64,000 nt of DNA, from the NCBI GenBank assembly GCA_963789955.1, contig CAWBMV010000037.1, forward strand, positions 96,001 to 160,000. The letters run 5' to 3'. Made by a program: the position numbers and the translations under genes. This stretch comes from an uncultured Candidatus Rokubacteria bacterium (lineage in GTDB: Bacteria; Methylomirabilota; Methylomirabilia; Rokubacteriales; CSP1-6). Of the stretch, positions 50,267 to 61,989 are shown one piece after another. The notes below the pieces were generated by a model, which was given only the letters and a program-made list of their open reading frames with translations, had not been told where the DNA came from and made no database searches. Position 1 is the stretch's first letter. Each line of letters begins with the position of its first letter.

Positions 50267-50834
50267 ATGCCGTCCGTCTTCTCGCACGCGATCGCCGCCG
50301 TCGCGGTGGGGGGCGCGGCGGTCGGCGGGCCGTCCCGCGTTCGCATCTGGGTCCTCGGCGCGCTCTGCGCCGTGGCGCCTGACCTCGACGTCGTCTCGTT
50401 CCTGTTCGGCATCCGCTACGGCGACATCCTGGGCCACCGTGGGCTCTCCCACTCGATCTTCTTCGCGGCCGTGCTGGCCACGGTCGTGACCATCTTCGTG
50501 CGCCACATCTGGCCGGAGAGCCCGGGCTGCCGCCAGGCTCTGGCCATTCTTCTTCGTGGCCACGGCCTCGCACGGATTGCTCGACTCGATGACCAACGGC
50601 GGCCTCGGCGTGGCGTTCTTCGCGCCGTTCTCCAACGATCGCTACTTTCTTCCCTGGCGGCCGATCCTGGTCTCGCCGATCTCGGTCCACGTGTTTCTGG
50701 GCTACCGCGGCATCAGGGTGATGTGGAGCGAGCTCGGCTGGATCTGGCTGCCAGGAGCGCTGCTCTTCCTGGCCGGTCTGGCGCTGCGACGGCGCCGCTC
50801 TCGAGAGCCCGTCGAGACACGCGGTCGAGACTAG
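50267..50834 (+). CDS. YdjM/YbcI-like membrane metal-dependent hydrolase (frameshifted)
   Basis: PDLD, HRGLSHS, SHGLLD.MT.GG. Confidence 0.85.
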
Positions 50835-50839
50835 CCGCT

Positions 50840-51562
50840 CTACTTGGCGAAGACCTCTTTCAGGAGAGAGGTCACGCGCGCCGCCGGGTCCGAGCGAATC
50901 TTGCGCTCCTCGTCCCCGACCACGTGGAAGAGGCCGTCGAGCGCCTTGCCGACGACGTAGCGATCGAGATCGTAGCTCTCGGTCTTCAAGAACGGGATCG
51001 CCTTGGCCTGGCCGAGCAGCTCGTTGTACTGCTTGACCGTGCCGACCTCGTCCATCGCGCGGTCGACGATCGGCCGAAACGCCAGGGTCAGCGAGGCTGA
51101 GGTCTTGCCCTTGAAGTAGTCGGTCGCCGCGGTCGGCGTCCCGTTGAGAATCCTCTGGGCATCGTCGATCGACATCTTCCCGATCGCGTCCCAGAAGATC
51201 TTCTTCGCTTCCGGCGCCGCGCGTTCCGCCGCGCGGTTCATGCTGAGCACGAGCTTGTCGACGTCGGACCCGTAGCCCGCCGCGCGCAGCCCCTTCTCGA
51301 CCGTGCGCAGCTTCTCGGGCATCAGGATCTTGATCGCCTGGTTGGAGAAGTAGCCGTCGGTCTTGCCCGTGAGCTTCACGGCGTTCTCGGTCCCGACCTG
51401 GAGCGCTTGCTTGAGCCCGGCACCGATCTTCGAGTCCGCCGACGTTCCGATTCCGGGCTTCGAGTAGGTCTCGACCTCCTTGAGAATCGAATCGAGCTGG
51501 GCCGAGGCGGGTGCGGCGGACAGCAGAACGAGCGCAGAGAGCAGCAGAATCACTCGTCGCAT
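50840..51562 (-). CDS. DUF4197 exported protein
   Basis: GLKQAL..G, SMNRAAE.A, ALDGLF...EE..IR.DP. Confidence 0.85.
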   Translation of the reverse strand: MRRVILLLSALVLLSAAPASAQLDSILKEVETYSKPGIGTSADSKIGAGLKQALQVGTENAVKLTGKTDGYFSNQAIKILMPEKLRTVEKGLRAAGYGSDVDKLVLSMNRAAERAAPEAKKIFWDAIGKMSIDDAQRILNGTPTAATDYFKGKTSASLTLAFRPIVDRAMDEVGTVKQYNELLGQAKAIPFLKTESYDLDRYVVGKALDGLFHVVGDEERKIRSDPAARVTSLLKEVFAK

Positions 51563-51563
51563 G

Positions 51564-53580
51564 TCAGGCCTCCTCCAGCTGACGGGCCAGCTCGGCGCGA
51601 TCGGTCACGGGAAGCTCGCAGGCGTAGTTCCGGCAGACGTACGCGGTCGCCTTGCCGCCCACCGCTTCCCGTCCCTGGAGCAGTGGAATCCCGGCCGCCC
51701 CGGCGCCGTCGCCGCTCACCATCCCCGTCACCACACGGTTGGGAAGGTAGCGGCCGAACACCTCGTTCACGAGCGCGCCGAGCCCGTCGCCCGCGACGGG
51801 AGCCACCAGCGCCACCTCGACCACGGGCCCGAGATGAAAATCGAGCGCGCACAGGAAGCGGCCGAAGCCGCTGGCGTGTCGGGCCATCAGATCCGCCATC
51901 GGCCTCAGCGCGGTCAGCGCCGTCGTTTCGTAGCGCGACTCGCCCGTCAGCACCGCCAGCCGGAAGAGCGTCTCGATGGCGACCGACGTGCCGCACGGCA
52001 CCGCGTTGTCGAACAGATTGCGCGGCCGCACGATGAGCGGCTCGCCATCGCTCCCGGTGTCGTAGAAGCCGTCGAGCCGATCGTCCCAGAAGAGCCGGAT
52101 CATGTCGTCGGCCAGCGCGCGCGCCTCGTCGAGCCATCGCCGGTCGAACGTCGCCTCGTAGACTTCGAGCAGCGCCACCGCGACCATCGCGTAGTCTTCG
52201 AGATAGCCCTTGAGCTTCGCCCGGCCGCCCTTCCACGTTCGGAGCAGGCGGCCGTCGGCCCGCATCGAGCCCAGGATGAACTCGGCGTTCTTGACGGCGG
52301 CGGCGATGTAGTCCGGCCGCCCGAGCGCCCGGCCCGCCTCGGCGAACGCCCGGCAGGCGAGGCCGTTCCACGACGCGAGCACCTTGTCGTCACGACCCGG
52401 GTGGACACGCTTCTCGCGCGCGTCGTAGAGCTTTCGCTTGATCGCCGCGATCCGCAGCGGATCCGGCTCGCCCGCGACGTAGAGGATGCTCTTGCCCTCG
52501 AAGTTCGGGCCGCGGTCCACACCCCAGTACCGGCCCGCGTACTCCGCGTCGGCGGCCCCGAGCACCTCGCGCAGCTCGTCGGGGCTCCACACGAAGAACT
52601 TGCCCTCGTGGCCCTCGGAATCCGCGTCCTGCGACGAATAGAAGCCGCCGGCCGGGTCCGTCATCTCGCGCAGGAGGTAGTCGAGCGTCTCCTCGCACAC
52701 GCGGCGGCACTCCGGGTCGCCGAGCGCGAGCCAGCCGTGCAGGTAGAGCGAGGCGAGCTGCGCGTTGTCGTACAGCATCTTCTCGAAGTGCGGCACCAGC
52801 CAGTGCGCGTCGACCGAGTAGCGATGGAAGCCGCCGCCGACCTGGTCGTACATGCCGCCGCGCGCCATCATCGTCAAGGTGGTGTGCGCCGTCTGGCGCG
52901 CGCGCGCGTTCTGCGTGCGCTTCCAGTAGCGCAGCACGAACTCCCAGATCATCGGCTGCGGGAACTTCGGCGCGCCGCCCAGCCCTCCGTCGGCGTCGTC
53001 GAACTGCGCCGAGATGAACTGAAACGCGTCGCCGAGGATCGCGGGCGGTCAGGAGCTCGGTCGCCGCGCGCAGGCGCTCGGACTGGCCGAGCGCCTCGCT
53101 GATCTTTCGCGACGACTCGACGACTTCGCCGCGGCGTGTCGCCCACGCGTCGGCGATCGCCGCCAGCAGGCGCGGGAACCCCGGCAGGCCGTGACGGTCG
53201 ACCGGCGGGTAATACGTACCGCCGTAGAACGGCGCGCCGTCGGGTGTGAGGAACACGGTCATCGGCCAGCCGCCGTGACCGGTCATCGACTGGACGGCCT
53301 GCATGTAGATCTGGTCGACGTCGGGGCGCTCCTCCCGGTCGACCTTCACGCTCACGAAGTGCCGGTTCATCACGCCGGCGATCTCGGGATTCTCGAACGA
53401 CTCGTGCTCCATCACGTGACACCAGTGGCAGGCCGAGTAGCCGACCGAGAGCAGGAGCGGCTTGTCCTCGGCGCGCGCCTTGGCGAAGGCCTCGTCGCCC
53501 CACGGATACCAGTCGACGGGGTTGTGCGCGTGCTGGAGCAGGTACGGGCTGGTTTCCTGAGCGAGACGGTTGTCAGCCAC
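51564..53580 (-). CDS. YyaL/SPATA20-like thioredoxin-domain protein (frameshift near 53040)
   Basis: [47 protein letters not shown]. Confidence 0.92.
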
Positions 53581-53587
53581 GGCGTCG

Positions 53588-54571
53588 TCAGCGCGCGAAC
53601 GGCAGCGCGCTGACCGTGGCCGCCACCGTCGTGCCGGAGAAACGAACCGACACACGCGTGCCCGGCTCGGCGTGCTGGCGGCGGACGAACGCCAGGGCGA
53701 TCGGACGCGAGAGGCCGAACGACCGGGCCGCGCTCGTGACCTTGCCGATCGTCGTATCGTCGGCCAGGACCTCGGCTCCCGGCTGCAGGCACCTGGTCGC
53801 CGTCGATCACCAGGCCACGGAGCATGCGGTTCACGTGGCCTCGGTCGCGAATCCTGACGACGACCTCCTGGCCGGGATAGCAGCCCTTCGTGTGAGAGAG
53901 CAGATTCTCGAACGGGATCTCCGGCAGCAGCACGGACTCGTCCACGTCGTGACCGAACAGCGGCGTGCCCGCCTCGATCCTCAGCGATTCGTAGGCCTCG
54001 TGGCCGATCGGCCGGGCACCGGCTGCCGACGAGCGTCTCGCGCACGTTCGCCGCCTCGCCGGCCGGGCACATGATCCACACCTCGGCCTCGCCGGTCTCG
54101 CGCGCGCCACTCACGAGCCGTATCGGCGTCTCGCCGAGCTTGGCGGCGACGTGCGACCACGGGCTGTCGGGCGGCGCCGCGCCCGCGAGTCGGGTGGTCG
54201 TCTCGCGAGCGGCCGGACCGGCCAGCACGAAGAGCGCGTACTCGCGTGAGACGTCCTCGATCGCCACCTTCTCGGAGAAGAGATAGTGATCGAGCGCCTC
54301 GGCGGTCTTCGCGGCCATCGCCGGCGGCGTGACGACGAAGATCCGGTCGTCGGCGACCCAGACGAACAGGACGACCTGCACCTTGCCGTGGATGTCGAGC
54401 AACGTCGCCGCGCACCCCTGCCCCGGCGCCCAGCGCCTTGATCTCGTTGCTGACGAGCGCGTGAAGGAAGCTGGCCCGATCGCGGCCGGTGAGCTCGAGG
54501 ACGCCGAAATCGCTGCGGTCGAGGAGGCCGACCTGACGTCGCACGAGCGCGTACTCTTCGGACGGAGCCAT
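53588..54571 (-). CDS. YgfZ/GcvT-like folate-binding protein (multiple frameshifts)
   Basis: KGCYPGQE motif; G.DR.SFL. Confidence 0.85.
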
Positions 54572-54612
54572 GGCGTCATTCTACATGACGACCGCGTGCT
54601 AGACTGCGCCCG

Positions 54613-55272
54613 GTGCGACCGCCACCACGCTCCACGATTCGCCGCTTCCAGCGACGACTGCTCGCGTGGTACGCGGAGCACGGCCGTGACCTGCCCTGGC
54701 GGCGCACGCGGCAGCCGTATCGCGTGCTGGTGTCGGAGATCATGCTGCAGCAGACGCAGGTCGACCGGGTCGTCCCGAAGTATCACGAGTTCCTGCGTCA
54801 CTACCCGACCATCGAGAAGCTCGCCGCGGCGCCGGTCGACGCCGTGCGACGTCTCTGGTACCCGCTCGGCTACAACATCCGTCCGATCCGGCTTCACGCG
54901 ATCGCGTGCGAGAGCGTCGCCCGCTACGGTGGACGGCTCCCCGACCGCGAAGAAGCGCTGCGGCAGATGCCGGGGATCGGCCGCTACACGGCCGGCGCGA
55001 TCCTGTCGTTCGCCTACGGACAGGACGCCGCCGTGCTCGATACCAACGTGCGGCGCGTCCTCGGTCGCGTCTTCCTCGGGCCGCGGCGGCTCGCGCGGGT
55101 GCGCGGGCAGCGGATCTTCTGGGATCTCGCCGCGGCGCTCGTCCCACGCGGCCGCGGCTACGACTTCAATCAGGCGCTCATGGATTTCGGGGCGACGTGG
55201 TGCACGCCGCGCAAGCCCCGCTGTGCTCCCTGCCCCATGAAGCGCTTCTGCGCCACGTACCGGGTTGCCTGA
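54613..55272 (+). CDS. mutY: A/G-specific adenine glycosylase, catalytic domain only
   Basis: [34 protein letters not shown]6CX2CX5C FeS motif. Confidence 0.88.
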   Translation: MRPPPRSTIRRFQRRLLAWYAEHGRDLPWRRTRQPYRVLVSEIMLQQTQVDRVVPKYHEFLRHYPTIEKLAAAPVDAVRRLWYPLGYNIRPIRLHAIACESVARYGGRLPDREEALRQMPGIGRYTAGAILSFAYGQDAAVLDTNVRRVLGRVFLGPRRLARVRGQRIFWDLAAALVPRGRGYDFNQALMDFGATWCTPRKPRCAPCPMKRFCATYRVA

Positions 55273-55651
55273 TCTCGTCGAGGTCGTCGCGGGCTTGATC
55301 CAGGACGATGCGCGCCGCTATCTGATCACGCGGCGCCGCGGCAGCTCGCATCTCGCGGGGATGTGGGAATTCCCGGGCGGCAAGCGGGAGGCCGGCGAGT
55401 CGCTCGAGGACGCGCTTCGGCGCGAGCTCACCGAGGAGCTATCGGCGCGCTTCGAGGTCGGCGAGAGGGTCGAGACCGTCCGGTGGGAGTATCCCGAACG
55501 GACGGTCGTCATCCACTTCTATCGCTGCCGACACGAGTCGGGGACGATCGAGCCGCGCGAGTCGCAGGCGATGGAATGGGTCGCGCCGGAGCGTCTCAAG
55601 GAATTCGAGTTCCCGCCGGCCGACCGGGAGCTGATCGCCCGCCTTCGCTGA
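55265..55651 (+). CDS. MutT/NudG-like NUDIX pyrophosphohydrolase
   Basis: [26 protein letters not shown]udix box; FPPAD. Confidence 0.88.
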   Translation: MPDLVEVVAGLIQDDARRYLITRRRGSSHLAGMWEFPGGKREAGESLEDALRRELTEELSARFEVGERVETVRWEYPERTVVIHFYRCRHESGTIEPRESQAMEWVAPERLKEFEFPPADRELIARLR

Positions 55652-55662
55652 CCGGCCGCATC

Positions 55663-57243
55663 TCAACGATCTCGGGTCCACGCCCGTTGCCAGAGATCCA
55701 GGCGGGGCTTCAGTGGATCGGTACCGACGATCACGCCCGAATTGGTGAAGTGTATGAGCCGATCGACTTCGCGATCGTGCCGCGGCCACAGCGGCCTGCC
55801 GCCGCCGTTGGGGTCGGTGGTCAGTCCGAAGCTCACCCAGTAGGCGCTGACGAGATCCGCCATCGCCTGGTCGGTTGGGGTCACCTTCTTCGGCCCCACG
55901 AGCGCGGCCGGGACGTTCATGGCGAATGGGATCTCGTAGCCGTGCAGGGCGCCCATGTTCTGGCCTCGCTGCGCTTCCGACACGTAGGCGAAGCGGTAGA
56001 GCCAGACGGTCTGGCCGGTGCGCGCCATCTCGTTCGCGAGGTGCCGCGCCGGTTCCACGAGCGTCCGGTCGGCGAAGATTTGCTGCTTGAGCTCGTCGAG
56101 CGTGGAATCGCCGAGCGGGTCGTAGAGCCTGCGCGCCTTGTCCGCGTCCGGACCGAACAGGCCGAACAGCTCGTACTTGGTGCTCGCCGAGCCGAGCGCG
56201 AGGTCGCGGTCGTTGGCGCCGATGATGACGGGCACCACCGTCTGGCGACCGGCCGCGAGCGCGGCCTCCGGACGCTCGGTCAGGAAGCGGCCGTCGATGA
56301 TCGACATCGCCATCCCCGGCGGGGTGGTGTCGGCCGCCAGCGCCTTCAAGGTCGCGGCAGCGCTGACGCCCTCGAGAAGCTTCGCGGCCGGCAGGGCGCG
56401 CAGCTCCTTCAGAGCCGCGACGCCCTCGCCGGTCACGCCGACCGAGCGGCTCCAGTCCGTCGCGATCTTCTCGGCCGTCGCGAGGTCGGAAGACGGGATC
56501 GCTCTCGCCCGCGGACCCGGCGTGCCGGGCGACTGCAAGATCGCGCGCTGGAAGAGCCCGCGCGACATCGGCGAGACGAGGTGCGCGAGCACCGAGCCGC
56601 CGCCGGCCGATTCGCCGAAGATGGTGACCTGGTCCGGATCGCCGCCGAAGGCGGCAATGTTGTTCTGCACCCAACGCAACGCGGCGAGCTGATCCATGAA
56701 TCCGTAGTTGCCGCGTACGTCGTCCGGCGCCTCGTCGCCCAGCGCCGGATGCGCGAAGTATCCGAAGCGACCGAGCCGGAAGTTCATGCTGACGACCATG
56801 ACGCCCTTCGCCGCCATGGCGTCGAACGGGTAGAGGGAAGCGCCGCCGTGCACCATCGCGCCGCCGTGCATCCAGACCATGACCGGCAGCGGTCGGGCCG
56901 GAGCCTGGGCGGGGCGCCAGACGTTGAGCGTGAGGCAATCCTCGGACTTGGGCACGTTGTCGGTCTGCATGCAGGCGGGCCCGAACCGATTCGTCTCCTT
57001 CACCCCCGTCCAGGGCAGCACCGGCTGCGGGTTTCGCCAGCGAAGCTCGCCGACCGGCGCCGCGGCATAGGGAATGCCCTTCCAGCTGATCACGCTGTTC
57101 GCGAGCACGCCGCGCACGGTGCCGTCCTCGAGGGTGGCCATGGTCGCGGTTCCGTGCACCTGCGCGCACGCCTGTCCGGTGACGAACAGGATCGCTCCAG
57201 CCGCGGTGAGCGCCGACAGTGTCCGAAGACGCCGAGTCACCAT
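55663..57243 (-). CDS. Type-B carboxylesterase (exported)
   Basis: GIPYA, SEDCLTLNVW, FGESAGG, signal peptide. Confidence 0.9.
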   Translation of the reverse strand: MVTRRLRTLSALTAAGAILFVTGQACAQVHGTATMATLEDGTVRGVLANSVISWKGIPYAAAPVGELRWRNPQPVLPWTGVKETNRFGPACMQTDNVPKSEDCLTLNVWRPAQAPARPLPVMVWMHGGAMVHGGASLYPFDAMAAKGVMVVSMNFRLGRFGYFAHPALGDEAPDDVRGNYGFMDQLAALRWVQNNIAAFGGDPDQVTIFGESAGGGSVLAHLVSPMSRGLFQRAILQSPGTPGPRARAIPSSDLATAEKIATDWSRSVGVTGEGVAALKELRALPAAKLLEGVSAAATLKALAADTTPPGMAMSIIDGRFLTERPEAALAAGRQTVVPVIIGANDRDLALGSASTKYELFGLFGPDADKARRLYDPLGDSTLDELKQQIFADRTLVEPARHLANEMARTGQTVWLYRFAYVSEAQRGQNMGALHGYEIPFAMNVPAALVGPKKVTPTDQAMADLVSAYWVSFGLTTDPNGGGRPLWPRHDREVDRLIHFTNSGVIVGTDPLKPRLDLWQRAWTRDR

Positions 57244-57333
57244 ATGTGCGCCTGATTGTTCGGCCCACGCGTGCCGACGACAAATTGGACTTTGGTCCGA
57301 TGGTCGTCGCCGGTACAATCGGCTCCTTCCAAC

Positions 57334-58495
57334 ATGGACCTACCGAAGACGGCAAGCGCGGTGGTGATCGGCGGCGGTGTCGTGGGCTGCAGCATCGCCT
57401 ACAATCTCGCACGGCGCGGTCTCGCCGGCGTCGTCGTCGTGGAGCGCGAGACCGTCGGCTCGGGAACGACGAGCAAGGCGGCGGGCGGCATTCGTGTCCA
57501 GTTCCCGACCGAGACCGAGATCCGCTTCTCGCTGGAAGCGATCCGCGTGTTCGAGCGCTTTCAGGACGAGTTCGGCGTCGATCCCGGCTACAAGAAGATC
57601 GGCTACCTGTTCCTCGTCTCCGATCCCAAGCAGCTCAGCGCATTCGAGAAGCGGATCGCGCTGCAGACCAAGCTCGGCGGCGACGTGCGGGTCATCACGC
57701 CCGATGATGCCCGGAAGCTCGTCCCGGCCCTCCGGGTCGACGATCTGATCGCGGCGGTGTGGGGCCCCGGAGACGGGCTGGCCGGGCCGGCCGAGGTCAC
57801 GGCCGGCTTCGCGCGGCGGGCGCGCGAGCTCGGCGTGAAGATCATCGAGGGCGTGCGCGTCGAGTCGATCGAACGGACGGAAGGCCGGGTGACCGGCGTG
57901 ACGACGACGACCGGAGCGGATCTCCTCGCCGCTGGTGATCAACGCGGCCGGACCCTCCGCCGCGCGCGTGGCGCGGCTCGCGGGTGTCGATCTGCCGGTG
58001 CACCCGCGGCGCCGGCACATCTTCTTCACCGAGCCCTTCCCCGCCATTCCCGGACCCGTGCCGCTGACGACCGACGTGACGAGCGGCTTCTACTTCAGGA
58101 AGGAAATGGAGCAGGTGCTGCTGAGCCCGGGCGACGTCGAGGACATCGGCGAGGACTTCGACGTGCCGATGGATCCCGGGAAGGTCGAGGAGGCCGTGCA
58201 GAAGGCGATCCAGCGCCTGCCGATCATCGGTGACGCGCGCATCGCCGGCGGCTGGGCCGGGCTCAGGCCGCTCACGCCCGACGATCACGCGATCATCGGC
58301 TGGGCGCCTGGTGTCGGCGGCTTCTTCCAGGCGGTCGGCTTCGGCGGCCACGGCTTCCAGCACTCGCCCGCGACCGGCCGCTACGTGGCGGAATGGCTGC
58401 TCGACGGCAAGCCGTCCATGGACCTGTCGCTCTTCGATCCCCGGCGATTCAGCCGCGGGCGAGCCGCCGCGGACCTCAAGGTCGACGCCGAGTAG
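57334..58495 (+). CDS. FAD-dependent oxidoreductase (sarcosine oxidase beta/DAO family), frameshift near 57920
   Basis: IGGGVVG, GTTSKAAG, NAAG, GFGGHGF. Confidence 0.87.
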
Positions 58496-58499
58496 CTCG

Positions 58500-59612
58500 A
58501 TGAAGATCGCCGACGTTCGCGTGATCCTCGCGGATATTCCCGTCACGCGCCCGCACAAGATGTCCTTCACCACGCTCGAGGCCGTCAACTTCGCCTTCGT
58601 TCGCCTCGAGACCGCCGACGGCCTCGTCGGCTGGGGCGAAGCCGCGTGCCTGGGCGGCCCGACGTGGAGCGAAGAATCGTCGGAGTCGGTCGCCGTCACC
58701 ATCGAGCGCTACATCGCACCGTGGCTCGTCGGGCGCGATGCGACTTTGATCGAGGCACTGAGCCGCGAGATGGCGAAGCGCGTCCAGGGCAATCCCTTCG
58801 CGCGCGCCGCGGTCGAGATGGCGCTCTGGGACCTGAACGGCCGGGCGCTCGGTGTTCCCGTCCATCGCCTGCTCGGCGGCCGTGTGCGCGACCGCGTGCC
58901 GCTCTCGTGGTCGCTCGCGGTCGAGAGCCCCGAAGCCGAGATCGCCGAGGCGCGCGAGAAGGTGGCCCGCGGCCACCGCATCTTCAAGATCAAGACCGCC
59001 GCGCATCCGGTGGCCCACGACGTCGACCGGGTCCGGCGACTCCGCGAGGCTGTTGGGCCCGACGTCTCGCTCCGCGTCGACGCCAATCAGGGATGGGATC
59101 GCGCGACGGCGCTCCAGGCCATCCGGGCCTTCGAGCCCTATCACCTGGATTTCGTCGAGCAGCCGGTGGCGCGCTGGGACGGCGACGGGATGGCCGAGAT
59201 CGCGCGGGCGGTGACGGTGCCGGTGATGGCCGACGAGTCCTGCTGCTCGACCCACGACGCGCTCGCGATCACCCGGCGTGGCGGCGTGAGCATTCTCGCG
59301 CTCAAGCTGACGAAGTCAGCCGGCATTCTCAACACGATGGCGATCGCGCGCATCGCCGAGGCCGCCGGGATGAGCTGCTACGTGGGCTGCATGATCGAGA
59401 CGTCGCTCGGCACCGCGGCCTACCTGCAGGTGGCGCTCGCGGCAGCGCCGGTCACGTGGGGCTGCGAGCTGTTCGGCCCGTTGCTCCTCAAAGGCGACGT
59501 GGTACGCCGGCCCGTGCAATACGCCGACGGCGCGATTCTGGCGCTCGACGGCCCAGGCCTCGGCGTCGAGATCGACGAGGCGCTCCTGAAGGAGTGGTCG
59601 CGCCCTCGCTGA
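58500..59612 (+). CDS. Muconate cycloisomerase-like enolase superfamily enzyme
   Basis: FKIK, DANQ, EQP, DES, GCELFGPLL. Confidence 0.85.
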   Translation: MKIADVRVILADIPVTRPHKMSFTTLEAVNFAFVRLETADGLVGWGEAACLGGPTWSEESSESVAVTIERYIAPWLVGRDATLIEALSREMAKRVQGNPFARAAVEMALWDLNGRALGVPVHRLLGGRVRDRVPLSWSLAVESPEAEIAEAREKVARGHRIFKIKTAAHPVAHDVDRVRRLREAVGPDVSLRVDANQGWDRATALQAIRAFEPYHLDFVEQPVARWDGDGMAEIARAVTVPVMADESCCSTHDALAITRRGGVSILALKLTKSAGILNTMAIARIAEAAGMSCYVGCMIETSLGTAAYLQVALAAAPVTWGCELFGPLLLKGDVVRRPVQYADGAILALDGPGLGVEIDEALLKEWSRPR

Positions 59613-59623
59613 GCCGGTCACAC

Positions 59624-60384
59624 TCAGCGCTGCTTGGTGAGAAAGGCCTCCATCCCGCGCTTGGCGTCTCCCGCCGCGAACGACGCGTGATGCGCGCTCT
59701 CGCAGAATCGAGCGCAGGCTCGGAAGTCGGACTCGGTCCGCCGCCGCGCGTACTGCTTGTTCTGCTTCATCGCGATCGGCGCGAACTGCGCCAGCGTTGC
59801 GGGCCAGCGCGGTCGCCTCGGTCATAAGCTCGCGCCGGGGAACCACCTTGATCGTCAGCCCGGCGTCCTGCGCCTGCCGGGCGTCGAGTGAATCGCCGCT
59901 GAGGACGAGATAGAGGCCACGGCTCATCCCGATCGTGTTCCAGAGGAGCTCGAGGCCGAAGACGGCCGGGATCCCGTCGCGGATCTCGGGCATCCCGTAG
60001 CGCGCGTTCTCGGACGAGATCCGGATGTCGGCCAGCAGCGCCAGCTGACAGCCCGCGCCCATCGCCCAGCCGTTCACCGCGGCGATCACCGGGACGTCGA
60101 GCATCCGGATCTGGTCGTACAGGGTCTCGAACTCCCGTACCCACTCCTCGGCCTCGGGCCCGCTCATGTCCTTCGCTTCGGTCAGGTCCTGCCCGGCGCT
60201 GAACGCCTGCTCGCCCGCGCCCGTCATGACGACGGCGCGAATGCTCTCGATCGTGCTTGATCTGCGCCAACGCGTCGGCCAGCTCGCCCTTGAGCGCGCG
60301 ATTGAGCGCGTTCAAGACGCGCGGCCGATTGAGCGTGATGACGACGACGTTCTCCGTTCGCTCCCACACGATGTTTGCGTACAT
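59624..60384 (-). CDS. Enoyl-CoA hydratase/isomerase (multiple frameshifts)
   Basis: LNRPRVLNAL, AFSAGQD, PVIAAVNGWAMGAG, MPE. Confidence 0.85.
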
Positions 60385-60452
60385 GCACGCCTCCTCCTGA
60401 GTCGATCGTCGCCGACTCTAGCATGCGCGACTTCAGCCGTGACCGTCGGCCC

Positions 60453-61744
60453 CTACCTCGCCAACGGATGCAGTACGTCGATGGCGTAGGCGACGTCGAG
60501 ACGCTCCCCCAGCCAGTGCGGCAGCGCCGTGCGCGCGTGAAGAGCCAGCCCGTTCTCTTCGTTTCGCGATCGAATGACGGCCACAGGATCCGCCGGTAGA
60601 TCTGGAGACGGCGGGACCTGCGGGATCGCCACGCCATTGGGCCGCTTGAATTGAAGCTCGCCGTCCGGCTGGCGTTCCACCAGAAAACCCTGCTCGTGAA
60701 CCGCGCGGTGATGCCGGCGGCACAGCATCGTGAGGTTCGAGAGCGTCGTCGGGCCGCCGTGCGCCCAATGGCGGATGTGGTGACCCTGCCCGAAGCGCAC
60801 GCCGCAGCCCGGGAAGCGACAGCCCTTGTCACGATGCTGAAGCGCTCTTCGAATCGCCGGGGGAATCGTCCGTGTTCGGGCGCCGACCTCTATCACTCGC
60901 CCCTCGGCGTCCTGACACATGAGCACTCGGGTCGCGTCGCAGGCGAGGCGCTGCGACGTTCCGGCCGGAACGCGCGCCCCGCCCTCGAGCACCGATTGCC
61001 CGGGTTGCTCGGCGTCGGCCAGGACGGCAGCATCGACGTGCACAACCACCTGATAGCGCTCTCCTGGGGCACCGGGATCGATGCCCTTGTGGAGCGCGGT
61101 CTCGGCAAGCAACGTAAGTGCGTCGGCTTGTAACTGCTCCATCGTCGGCGGATTGTCGTCGAGCGCTTCGTCACGGCGTCTCTGGCACAGGCACTCCCGG
61201 GCCGCCTCTAGCGCCTTGAGGAGCAAGGCACCTACCTCCGGAGTCAATCGTCCGTGGATCCTGACGGTACCGTCTTCGTCCTGATACACGTGCAGCGCGC
61301 GAGCGGCGTGGTGGCGATTGGCCACCTGGTTTTCGGTCTTGAGGTCCATCCGGCGCCAGCCACGGACGATGCGCTCGACATGTTCAGCGGTACCGGCCCG
61401 GCCGACCGCCAGCAGTGTTTCTTCAGTCTCGGGCGTTGCCACACGGGTCAGCTCACGAACCTTGGCATAGGACAGCTCGCCGCGGGCAAGCGCCTGCGCC
61501 AGCAACGGCAGCGTGCCGAGGGCACGTGCAACCCGCACGTGCTCCCGAGCCGCGCCCGGAGCGTAGCCCACGCGCCAGCTCAGCCACGCGGCGCACGAGC
61601 TGAAGCCCGAGTTCCATCCGCCGCGCGCGTCGAACTCGCGGATGAGATCGAGCAGCCGCGCGGTCGCCGCTTCGAGATGCGCCGAGAGCTCGGCGATCTC
61701 GTCACCGAGGCGATCGATAGCCGCGTAGTAAGATCGGGGTCCAT
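60453..61744 (-). CDS. DUF222 (13E12-repeat-like) + HNH endonuclease; frameshift near the start; possibly mobile
   Basis: RDKGCRFPGC..HHIRHWAHGGPTTLSNLTMLCRRHH; RLACDA; the frame extends upstream of 61571; ATG 61744 has an AAGGAG RBS. Confidence 0.85.
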
Positions 61745-61989
61745 GACGAGTCTCCTTTCGCTAGATCGACCCTACACCCCGGTCTTGGGAGCACGCCGAC
61801 GGCGCTGAGAACGACGATCGCGGATGGTCCCCGGTCATTTTCGCGAGACCACACGGTCCTCGTTCGTTCGCGGTCCCTGGACGTTCCTGGAGCGATCTCC
61901 GAGATATGCTCGCGACGTGCCCCGATCGCCGCGCCGAACGCTGTCAAGGTGCAATTTTTTAGACACTAGGCCTCTGCTACCGTAGGCCG

